Source of the DNA: Ancylonema sp.
Lineage: Eukaryota
Direction of reading: 5' to 3'
Assembly: GCA_050230475.1 (NCBI GenBank)
Contig: JBFLGF010000015.1
Coordinates: 124,001 to 169,142, forward strand
Length of the DNA: 45,142 nt
This document shows, piece by piece, positions 34,388 to 45,142 of the stretch. The position numbers were made by a program, and so were the translations under genes. The notes under the pieces are model-generated. The model did not search any database, was not told the origin of the DNA, and saw only the letters and a program-made list of their open reading frames with translations. Each line of letters opens with the position of its first letter. Position 1 is the stretch's first letter.

Positions 34388-37300
34388 ATGGTGAGCTGAA
34401 GAACAGGCAGGTTGTGCGTATTTTCAAGTTTACGGGCTGATACACATGGTGACGCGGAACTCAAAAGCACCAGGGCAATAAACAGTCAGATTAATAATGA
34501 TACAGCGAGAGGCCAGAAGTATGTTACAACTGCGTAATCTCCGAACAGATATGGTGCGTTCTTGTGAGATCCTCTTGCTGAGATTTTCAACTAATCTGTG
34601 ACGTCCCCTTGCGTATTTGGTAGGTGAGAACGGATGAAATTCAGATGCTAGATCACGATGGTCTGAATCGGGCGCCACAGGAGACTACAGGCGCCACAGG
34701 GGCCCACAGGGAGCCTAGGGGACCACCGGCGCCACAGGGGAGTCGCCAGAGGTCACAGATCGGAGTAGGTGGAAGTGAGTCGGGGGGTTCCACTTATGGA
34801 TCTTCGAGGACGAGAAACACAGGCGCAGCAAACGACGAAACAGCGGAGATAGCGAAGGTTTTTGAGACGTTGGATGCTAGAGAGACAGGTACTGCCGGGG
34901 AGTGGCACCTGGGGCACATGAGATGGTGAGATTGGACGGATTTTTCATGTATTTTTGCTTTCTGATTGAATGTTTACGTGAAGTATTGTCTTTCCTGGTC
35001 CACCCAATAGTCACTCCATGACTGCCTCCGTCTGCGCCTGCGTGCCTTCCCCGTGCAAATGAGACAGGTCTGCTTGCTCCTGTGTGGTTTGGCTTCGTCA
35101 GTCTTTGACATTCTTAACTTGTTTATCAGTACTGAGCATAAGTTTTCCAGTCTTAAAATTACATTTACTATTTGTATTAGTTTCTGGTTGGAGCTTGTGA
35201 GTTGCTGCGTTCTCATTGCACTGTACGCCAGCACACAGCTATGAGACTCAAACAATCTGACCAGATTCTGACCAATTGTACTGACACCAGATAATCCACC
35301 ATTCTTATCTACGCTTTAATCTCATGTATAAACCATCTTTTGAAATCGAGTGCGAGTGCATTGCACGGCCACAGATCTTCAAAAATGTAAACCATACTCG
35401 GGAGATATGTTCCTCACAATGATTTTTCTTCCTCTACTCCTCTCCCTACCTGCCTTCGCACCTGCAGTCGGTAAGGTTTTTGAAAGTTGACCTGCTCTTG
35501 TTTCCCCATGGACTCCAGAACACAGTGGGAATGATAATACTTTGTTTTATGTCTGCAACTATGTGGTCCTGCTATACGGTTGCAGGTACACTTGGGATGA
35601 GGCAGGTCGAAGTAGCATTTGGAAAGCTGTAAGTCTTGTTTCGGGACCGGCTGAACCTCCAGACCGTGACATAGCTTGACATGGATGTAGAAGAGAAGGC
35701 GATAGGTTTCTGGGTACCAAGAACGAGTAACTATTATGAAGAAGACAGCTGTCCAATGTATAACACTGGACCTGGAATGCACTTGGAAAAAGGGCGTTCC
35801 CATTTGGCTGTCCCCATGTCATTTGTACGCACTTCTGCCCGATTTCTGTGCTTCATTGATACTGCTGCAATCAGCTGTCCGCCTCACAAACCACTTCATC
35901 TATTCTGCTGTCTCTCTGCGCTCGTTGGCTCTGTGTGCGACCACAGGGGGGTGAATCGTCCGCAGGTGAGCGTCATCCGGCAGCTACTGAAGGGCAACCA
36001 GTTTATTTTGTGACCCTACCAATGTGAATCTTTACACGTCCTGGACAATTGTTATCGCTACTTTGGGAGGACTAAGCACAATCATTTTTCAGGACACTCA
36101 ATCGGGGTCTGCTGTCGTGAAGCCGGGGGGGGGCGGGGGGAAGTGTGAAGTGGACATGATTACATGATCTGGAAGGGTGTTAGCAGAGGTTATGGTGCAG
36201 GGGAAAGATGGATGGATGCATGGTACGCCCGAAAGAAATCGTATTGAGTGAACAAAATCAGACCTGTAACAAGTCAAACGCTTTGAGTTCCCTTCAGGAG
36301 ACTCGGTCAGTCCATGAAGCCAACTTCATGGCTACGTGATTCTCCACGGGGACTCATAAGTTTTGGAGTGTAGGATACTCATACTAGCAGGTAGAAATTC
36401 GTTGTTTTGGCGTTTTTCCAGAATTTTGAAGACCAGTTCCGGAGAGTTGATACCGACCGGGACGACCAGATCACGCTCTTGGAACTGGTCCAATGGCTGA
36501 CCTCAATAAGGAACTCCTCCGAGAATCTTACGACACGTCAGGGCGTGAGAGAGGAGGTGCAGAGGCTTTTCGGGAAATTTGCGGACTCACGAGTAAGATT
36601 CATGTGAATGCTCAAACTTTCTAATTTGTATTTCAACAAAAAGCCAAGGCGTGGTGAAAGAATATGGGGGACAGTTTATGAATTTGTGTCCAGTAGAAGA
36701 TATAGCACAGTGATCAAAATATTTTGGTATAAGAGAAAAACCAATGAAGACAACCGATGTTGTTGGGGCAAAACTGTAAGAAAAGAAAAGGCACGTGTTG
36801 GAGTAAGAGTTGGTTTGTGAATTGATTCCTGAAGCGTGAAGTACAGTGCTCCGTCATTGCTATCTACCAACTGTTAACTGTTCTCTGCATCTCTTCGAGT
36901 AGCAAAACCAGGTAATCTTGGTGCTCATTGTTTTTCGAAAAAAAAATTGTTGATTGCATTCTGTGGATGGAAGTTGTCGATCGTTAAGCTGACAGGGGTG
37001 CGCCGTGCGGTTGGTTTCGAATCACAAATGGGCGCAGAACGAGATCACAAAGACTTCTTTTTTGCGAAGCGCGAGACGGTTTGTGCCTGACTTCTCCGAC
37101 GACTTGTTGGTGTGCATGTTCCAAGAATTCCAGAACAGTAAGTGGAAGGGAATATGGGAAGGGGTCAACGCGATGACAACCTGGCCATGGATTAAGAAAA
37201 GCAGGGCTTGCGTATCGTGTGAAAGAGTTGTTTGTATGTGGCTCACGGATGGCTCTTATTACTGGTGAAAGGCGTTTTTTTTTTTTTTTTTTTTTCCCGT

Positions 37301-37509
37301 GCCATAGACTTACAACAAACTTAATGAAGTTCTTCGAAGCGGCATCAAGTCACAATGCATGTGGCTCTGTATTCTCCGTCTTATGGTTGATTTCACTTGG
37401 AAAAGGCACTTTCTGGCCTCAAATTTGTGGTTGTGACTCTGATGCAGGCCGTGCGGTTATTGGGATGGAGGAGTTTGTCCAAATTGGGCAAGAAACGAGT
37501 ACATTTTGA
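34388..37509 (+). CDS. Divergent centrin/calmodulin-like four-EF-hand protein with an N-terminal extension
   Basis: Exons 34388-34390 (ATG only), 34624-34888, 35586-35628, 35947-35965, 36422-36592, possibly 36903-36911, 37038-37137 and 37448-37509, all phase-compatible. Reads EIAKVFETLDARETGTLGMRQVEVAFGKLG, FRRVDTDRDDQITLLEL, FSDDLLVCMFQE and IGMEEFVQIGQETSTF*. Confidence 0.78.
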
Positions 37510-38594
37510 GTGTCACAGCGACATTTGATTTCTATTGGTGTCCGATGCTTATCGGCCATTTGGGCTTTATCTAATAAAATTGAACTTGATCTGCAGGCAT
37601 AGAGTTGTGAGTCGCTTGATTTGATCAGGTGTTGCTCTACACTTCCTGTGCTTGGCCGGTTGTATATAAATAAGTGATTTTTGTGGTGGGCTGCATCAAT
37701 TAAATACCCTAGAACGCCGATTCCAGATGAAACAACCTTATGGTTCTTCCCTGTTGGAGTTTATACACATCTATGTTGTAAGACATATATATATATATGG
37801 TGGTCGTACATTACGAAGGCATTATATATTTAGCAGTGTGGTTCCCACACATGTGCGCATGTAGAGACACTGAGCGTGCCAATGTTTACATGTCTATACT
37901 TTGAAAACTTGTACCACTGCAGGCAATGCATTTTCTACTCTGGAGAATCGATCTCATTTGCTCTACAAGGTTTTAACATTTATACGTAGCAATGAAGAAG
38001 TTATTAATCACACAACGAAACACTTGCAAGTGTGCATGGAGGCACTACTCTACTTTACTTGTTTATGTATAAACCTATAGAGACAAAACCTACTTTACTA
38101 TACCTATCGTCTACAACAATTTTCAATATTAACATTTATTGTTTACTCAACATCAACTCCCAACCGGATTGAGTTGCACTACCACGGGCTATCGCTACAA
38201 TATAATAGGATGGGAATGTGTCTAGTACTATGTGCAGAACATTGACTGTGATGTTGCAAATCTATGCATCAACACTTGTGTGAAAAGTAGCTATCGCGAG
38301 TATGACACCTCGGAACAACCGCTTTGGATATAATAAAATTAAAAGACGGAGCCACACTTCTACTCTACAATCTCGTGAATACATTTTGGATACCTTAATG
38401 TGACGGATCTGATCGCCATACCTCTATGGGAAACTCAAAGCTGAATCCGGCGCCGTTATCGAAAATCTCGCTAGCGAATCTCGTGTGAATCTCGCTTTGC
38501 CATCTTCGTACTTGAACTCAAAGAAGGGGGAAGTGGGGAACGGTGGAAGCGGACATAGAATAGAGAGACTCTTTTCAGTCGAGTCGAAGTGACA

Positions 38595-41500
38595 TCAAAT
38601 AAGTGCTCTCGATGTCCGTCCCCCATGGGCTCTCAAGACTTCGATAACTTCCGGGTGGTTACTCCGTATTGCTTCATCAAGAGGGGTGTTCTGCCATCGA
38701 TCCAAACAATTTATGTTGGCATCCGCGTTCACCAACGCCTGCACCAACCAACCGCTAACCAGTCAACCAACCAACCAACAACTCAACCAACCAACCGACA
38801 CAGGCAGTGACCTTCCCGGTTATAATGGTTTGCTTTATACACAAGAGATTTCGAGTCATTCCTACTCCTTTTCCCTTCCTGCATAATTTTCCCTCCTACA
38901 TCACATGATGATGCAAGACCGTGAAATTTCATTTGTCACATTACCTATGCACAACAACACCCTCTGCGAAACAACTTCTTGCGCACACTTGACCAATCGC
39001 ATCCTCTCCAACCACCATTTGCTATCGACAAACACTTCGATGACAGGACGATAAAAGATAAAAAGGGCGCAAATAAGAAAAGAGGCGCAAGTAAGGCAAC
39101 GAGACATACATGTACGACACCCAAATGGCCTTCTGCAGCTGCAATGTGAAGCCCAGTTCGCATATCGTAATCCGCTGCGTTCGGATTTGCTCCGTATTGC
39201 AACAAGTGCTCGATCTCATCCGCATGCCCTTGATGAGCTAACCGACACATGTGTGTACCTTCGTTGCGAAGCCCTAACTTCCCGCCTTGACTGCACAAAC
39301 GTGCTCCAAACCGTACAGGTGTCAGGCTGTGAATCTCACATTGCGGGTGTCTTGAGAATCACAAGGTTGACGGTAATGTAAATAAGAAAAAAAACGACTA
39401 GGATGATTGATACGAAAACCAACATCACCGCATACGTATCGGCCCCATTCCAAAAACGAGCTCTGAAATCAGTTCGGCTGCACGCAATGGACCCATAGCC
39501 CTGAGTACAGGGGGAAGAATATCTTCCAACATTCACTTTGTGCCACTCCCACCAATCCAATCTTTCATTCGTTTGTGCCGCTCCCACCAACCCCAACCAT
39601 CACCTTCTCAAAATCTCAGCAGCGGACCAATGAGCGGCCGAGACCGCTTCTTGGAGGGGGGTCCTCCAAAAGCAATCTTCGAAAACAGCACCCTCCCAAC
39701 CACCACAAAAATGTTACCTCAACGATCCACTACGCATTACGATCCTTTCTGTTGCGTAATAGAACCAAAATCAGCCCATTCATGGACTTACGCACCGAGT
39801 ACACGTAAAATATCAGAAATAACGAACATATCAGATCTACAGAAAGATACCAGATCTATCATCTATAACGAACACACCACCATTACATACCAGATTGACT
39901 CAATTTACAGAACATGTCTAGCATACCGAATAAAGAATGCACCAATATATGTAAGCATACCAAACATCACATAACCGTATACTTGTGTAGCTTAAAAACG
40001 AGTCCACACATCAGCACACAAGAAAGGAGAAGGAGAAGGAGAAGGAGATGGAGAAACCTTTGGGGTTCACTTGCGCTCCTCTGTCGATCAGGAATTGGAT
40101 GACGGCATCGTGGCCGTAGGAGGCCGCCAGATGCTGACAAGGGGGGCACAAAAAGACACAGAGGGGGGGGGGTGGACTCGGTTAGAAAACACGATCGATG
40201 GCGACATGCGGTTGTGATTTAGACCCTCAGTATGACCTGGCTGCGCGCACACTACTCCTTAATGGAGTGAATTATTGTAATCTTCTCATCTTCTTGATGG
40301 CTGGGTGGACCTCCAGCATATCTTCGCAAACGGAAGGATGCTGAGGACAGAATGATGTTGATGACAGAATGATGTTGTGGACAGAATGATGTTGATGACA
40401 GAATGATGTTGAGGACAGAATGACGTTGAGGACAGAATGATGTTGTGGACAGAGTGATGTCGGCTTCATGCTTCCCTCCTACAACGAAAGCACCACAGGG
40501 CGAGGAACCGAAAGAAAAAGAGCGATCTGTACGTACCAATGGCGTTCGTCTATCATAGTCCGTCTGGCTAAGGTCAAAGTCTCCCGCCGTGAGTCTGCAC
40601 ACCTCCACCAGGTCTCCCTGCTTCGCGGCGTAGCAAAGGTTCATCATCGTCTCCTGGTCAAGCTTGCGCATGTAGCTCTGAAGGGGGGGGGGAGAAGCAC
40701 GGGGGACGGGGACGGGGAATTCAAGAGGATGCCGCCAACCCTCTGCCGTCTGACACTTCTCTCTCTCCAACCAACGCACACGCGGTTGGGTTCAAGTCCT
40801 CAAGCCCTCTGCGAAACAAGTATTCGTTTCCTCTCCCTCCGCTTCTCCACCGGTTCCCTTTTTGGGTTTCCTTTTTCTTGCCCTCCTGGGTCTATTGGCA
40901 GGTATCCTATAGGACCTATATGTACCAGTAACCGTGTACCTAGAACCTAGTACCTACCACCTCCTACCTACTACCTAGTACCTGGTACCTACTACCTAGT
41001 ACCTACTATCTAGTACCTATTACCTACCACCTACTACCTACTACCTACTACCTACTACCTACTACCTACTACCTACTACCTACTACCTACTACCTAGTAC
41101 CTAGTCCCCAGCACCTACTACCTAGTATCTACTACTTAGTACCTAGATCCTAGTTCCTAGAACCTAGTTCCTAGTATTTCGGGTTTCGACCCTCTTGTTG
41201 ATGGCACTTCACCTGTAGCTGCTGGTGAAGGAATTTGGTGAGGCTGGCCACGGGATGGTTCTGAACATACTTCCTGCCAGCAGACTCCACTGCCTTGGCC
41301 CTCTCCTGTAAGTTTCTGAGCACAATCCGCGCATCTTCCTGGTGGTTTCGCGCCAGCGTCTCGTACTCCTCCCTCTCCAACACCAGGAGACGACACGGGG
41401 CCACGGTGCGAACCGTCCATACTTGAGTGATCTCGCAGATGACACCGAACTCTGCACAGGAGGAGGGGACGGAAGCTGTTCTGGTCATTGTCGGAGAGCC

Positions 41501-42785
41501 ATTGAATACTACGAGAAGATGTTATGGCGATAATTATAGAAGCAACAGTTGTAATAGTAGTTGACTGGAGTACCAGAAGAAAGAAAGGAAGATCCAAAGT
41601 AGAAGTAGCAGTGAGAGTAACGATTTTTGGATAGGCCATTAATGTGCAAAGCGTTAATAGACTTTTGGGTGCACAAGGCTTCTTCCTCTCCTCCCTCCCC
41701 TTTCCCTGGTCCCTGTTTTCGTTTCTCACCCCCGATCATGTCCCCGTGGTCGTACCCAAACCAGACCTCCCCTGATCCCCCGTCACTGGCCATGGCAACC
41801 ACCTTGGGGCGGGGGGGGGGGGGGGGGGGAATGATACCGTTGGGTGTATGCACACTTCCAATTCGACAAGTGCACAAATTTATTTGCTTTAATTTATTTG
41901 CTTTAATTTATTTGCTTTAATTTATTTGCTTTAATTTATTTGCTTTAATTTATACGCTCTTCAAAATTTCACACAATAAAAAGCAACCAGTGAAAGATAG
42001 TCTACCGCCTGTGGTGTTATTGCCTTCCTTTCGCCTTGTTGTACATTCTTCGTTATAAAGGGAGATGCGGCAGAAAACAGTCATTCCCATACCCATTCGT
42101 ACATACCCACTTCAACAACCCATTCACAAATGCATTCCTAACGATCCATTCACAAACCTGTGCATCTGCGCATCTGCGTGTAAGATCACCTGAGATTCCT
42201 CGTTTTGCGACGCCAAGATGTACATCTCGTTCACTGTGTCGCCCGCCGTGATGATGGACGTGTTGGCCACAAAGAACTCCACGTGCATGCGACACGTCAG
42301 CTGGTCCTGAGGACAGAAACCAGCCACGTGGAAAGAGGGCATAAGCCCGTATGCGTTCTTTTCTTTTCTTTTCTTTTTGTTTTGTTTTGTTTTATTTTGT
42401 TTTCTTTTCTTTTGTTTTCTTTTGTTTTGATCAGGTGTGAGAGTGAAACCTCTCCTCCTCATCGAAGCCGTGAATTATGATTAATAAGGGACAATCCAGA
42501 ATGAAGGAGACTGTTTCGGGTTGGAGGAGGGAATTATATCATATTAAAGAGTTGTGCAATGGACCCCCCCCCCCCCCCCCCCGCTCCCCCTGTACCCTGA
42601 ACACTTGCGATGTTCCCTGGAACAGATACGGCATGTTCACCCACTTTGAGAAAACGTGTTTCTGGATTCTCATGCGGATCGAGGCCGGGCATTGCCGTAA
42701 AATGTCATCACGAACCTGGGGGGCGGGAAAAAAACCAACCAATCAATCCATGGACCGACCACAACAGAATCAAACCGAAAATACA

Positions 42786-42817
<32 letters not shown>

Positions 42818-45028
42818 GTATTCATTCCAACGAGAGCTTCCGACCCCGTAGTCAGCTAGTTGTTGTACATACGTGTACAACAAACCGTTAAAAGAAAAAA
42901 GCATCAATTAGGTCAGCGTATGCAGATAGACAAAGTACGCACAGCCACACACATGATATCATGAATATCCGCACGTGAACATGAGTATCCATTCACATCC
43001 ATAATTATCCACACCAGACGCATACACACACACACAACAGAATAGCCCACACCCCCCTCCACACACCTCTCCTAACTCCCACACCCTCCCCCCTCCCCCC
43101 ACCTCCCTTCCCCCCCAAGCCCCCCAAGCCCCCCCCACCAACCTCGGATGTTTCAAAGTGCAGCTTCAAATGCGCCTTCAGCTGCCCCTGTATGTCTTCC
43201 GGCACCTTGTGCGCGACCATGTATCGGTTCATGCTCGCGAGTCGGTCGCGGTACGTGGCCGTCTGCGCGTCCGCCTTGGTGAGCAGCACTGTCATGTTGC
43301 CCAACACGTAGGCCGTGAGCCCAAGGTTGATGAGCATGAAAGTGGAGGTCCAAACGCGCTCGGGGATGGTGAAGGCGGAGAAGTCCCCGTAACCTGCGGG
43401 GAGGGGGGGGGGGTGGGGAGGGGGAGTGGGGGGTGGGGGGAGTAGGGGGTGAGTGGCGGGGAGGGGAGGGGGAGTTTTAGAGGGGGGGTGGGGGGGGGTG
43501 GGAGGTGTGGAGAGGAGAGGGGAGGCGAGTTTGGCTCTTACCTGCCGTGGAGATGGTGGTCATGGCCCTACAGAAAGTCAACACGGAAGGGAAAAAGTCA
43601 ACGGGTATGTTGACAGAGGGCCAACATGAAGTCAGCCGCATGCCAACATCCTCTGACGTTCAAAGAGCCGCCCGCAAAATGAAACAGAGTACTTCAACTG
43701 TGATCCAAACTAGTCCGTTTCCCCCCTGCCACCTGGCACCTGCCACCTGCCACCTACAGTGAAGAAAAGAGTCCCTCTGTCTCACCAGTAGATGGATGCC
43801 ACGTATGCGTGGAATGGGCCGTAGGTGGGCAGGTCAGGCTCGCATCTCCCCACCCACTGCATCCACACGTGGCAAAGTAAAGAACGGCGAGGATCGGGGT
43901 TCAGAGTCTACGTTTCAGCTTTTCAGGTTCAAGGTTCAAGGTTGAAGGTTTAAGGTTTGAGGTTTAAGGTTTCTCGGACAGGATCGGTTGAAAGATAGGC
44001 CAGCAGAGGCAGTGTCACTTTGATGTCCCGTCCTACCGTGTCTCCGTCGAAGTGGTAGAGTCGGGCGATGAGGTAGAAGCCGCATGCGGCCCAGTGTGCG
44101 TCATACACGATCAAGGCGCTGAACTTGACGACGGACGTGGTGAAGTAGTCGTAGTGGAGGTCGACGCCAATGTCCCAAAAGCACTTCATACTGAAAGGGA
44201 GAAAGGAAGAAAGGTAGAAAGGAAGGGGATGGAAGGTTTGGGGAAAGTGTTCCGAAATTCTTTTGAAAACGAGTGGGAGCTCCCTCACACGCTGCATGAC
44301 GAAAATCAGAAATGCAGAAAGGTAGCAGGGGAGGGTAGATTTGGGGGAAGGGACTGATTTCATCGTGGGAGCGGTGTATCCTTTTTGAGGGGCTCAGGGC
44401 TGAAGGGCTCATGGATGGGCTCACAGTCGTTTCAATCGCAGCAGTCGGAAGAATCCGAAACATGAGAGGGCGACGGCGGCGTGAGGGGAGGGGGCGAAGA
44501 GGATCTTCAGGAGGAGATCCCACGGGATGGTTTCGACCAAGTCGTAGAACAAGTAACCGGTGACGTAACTGAAAAAGATTGGGCGAGGGGGTTGATATAC
44601 GCTGGTTTGGATCAGATCGGGGGTGGACTCTGCCACGTCAGCAGTGCCACGTCAGCGGTGCCACGTCAGCAGTCCTCACTTCCACGCCAGGCCGAGGGGG
44701 TCCGTCTCCCAACGCCCGCGGATGAAAACCGCCGTGAAGAAGGTGAGAATCACGTCCACCAAGAAAACCTGGAGAAAAGAAAGAGGGACCCGGGGGAAGC
44801 CATACCCGGGTACCCGGGTGTTAAATGACCGTCCTTGGGTCCCTTCCCCCCCCCCCCAACCCCCAAGCATCCTGTTCACCACGTCAGTTGCGTACAGCAG
44901 GCAGTTAACGGTCGTGAAGGCGGGCCCGCAATCGAGGTACGCCACGTTGAATGGGTTCACAATGCTGACGAGGATGGAGAGGAGGATGGTGGAGGAGTGG
45001 AAGGTTTGGTAGCAAACGCCGTGGGGGT
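38595..45028 (-). CDS. Plant Shaker-type voltage-gated K+ channel (S1-S6, cNMP-binding homology domain, ankyrin repeats); 5' end lies outside the window
   Basis: Sixteen phase-compatible exons: 45028-44880, 44768-44680, 44568-44425, 44190-44037, 43856-43786, 43567-43542, 43393-43143, 42715-42596, 42306-42190, 41802-41730, 41451-41213, 40677-40537, 40133-40058, 39676-39604, 39290-39110 and 38738-38595. S4 RLLRLKRL, HWAACGFY, pore YWAMTTISTAGYGD, S6 NLGLTAYVLGNMT, ankyrin DYDRRTPLHLAA and DRWQNTPLDEA. Confidence 0.93.
40345..40460. repeat. Intronic minisatellite, ~15-bp unit gacagaatgatgttg plus 2-3 variable bases
   Basis: About 7 tandem copies are visible. Confidence 0.9.
40936..41175. repeat. 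Intronic 7-bp satellite (CTACCTA/GTACCTA)n
   Basis: Roughly 30 tandem, partly degenerate heptamers. Confidence 0.95.
41877..41953. repeat. Intronic 14-bp tandem repeat (aatttatttgcttt) x5.5
   Basis: Perfect tandem copies. Confidence 0.95.
44631..44672. repeat. Intronic 14-bp tandem repeat tgccacgtcagc(a/g)g x3
   Basis: Three copies beside the splice donor at 44679 of the K+ channel gene. Confidence 0.9.
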
Positions 45029-45142
45029 CTAACAGGAAGAGGGGCTCGTGGGGGGGGGGCGCAGCGGAGGGGGCAGGGGGGGAGGGGTGGGGGGAGCATG
45101 ATTTGTTGACTTGCTGTGGGGAGAATGGGGGGGGGGAGAGGG

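Noticed and set aside
11744..37509. EF-hand gene as the detached calmodulin-like domain of the kinase
   Set aside because: It lies 23 kb away beyond three other genes, has its own ATG exon, lacks a CDPK junction sequence and looks centrin-like.

Overview
Eukaryotic nuclear DNA from a green-plant lineage, probably a streptophyte alga or bryophyte. This is inferred from GT-AG introns, a CDPK-type kinase, a plant Shaker K+ channel, a centrin-like gene and CCCTAAA repeats. Six intron-containing host genes were assembled by hand. (1) A CDPK-family kinase with a ~690-aa low-complexity N-terminus, no EF hands and a frame break in a tandem repeat (6959-11744 +). (2, 3) Two probable paralogues with an oleosin-like hydrophobic hairpin and the same intron phases (12642-13638 - and 22759-25190 +). 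(4) A membrane-anchored LysM gene with lesions (25573-26860 -). (5) A divergent centrin-like EF-hand gene with micro-exons (34388-37509 +). (6) A 5'-partial Shaker K+ channel combining an inward-rectifier S6 motif with a SKOR/GORK-like ankyrin tail (38595-45028 -). Between the genes lie decayed transposons: a Ty3/gypsy element with a PHD-tipped integrase, an inverted gag and a duplicated LTR start; a CRE-clade non-LTR 3' fragment; nested hAT elements; and pogo/Tigger-like MITEs. No rRNA, tRNA or CRISPR array is supported. All gene models are manual readings without transcript or database support.
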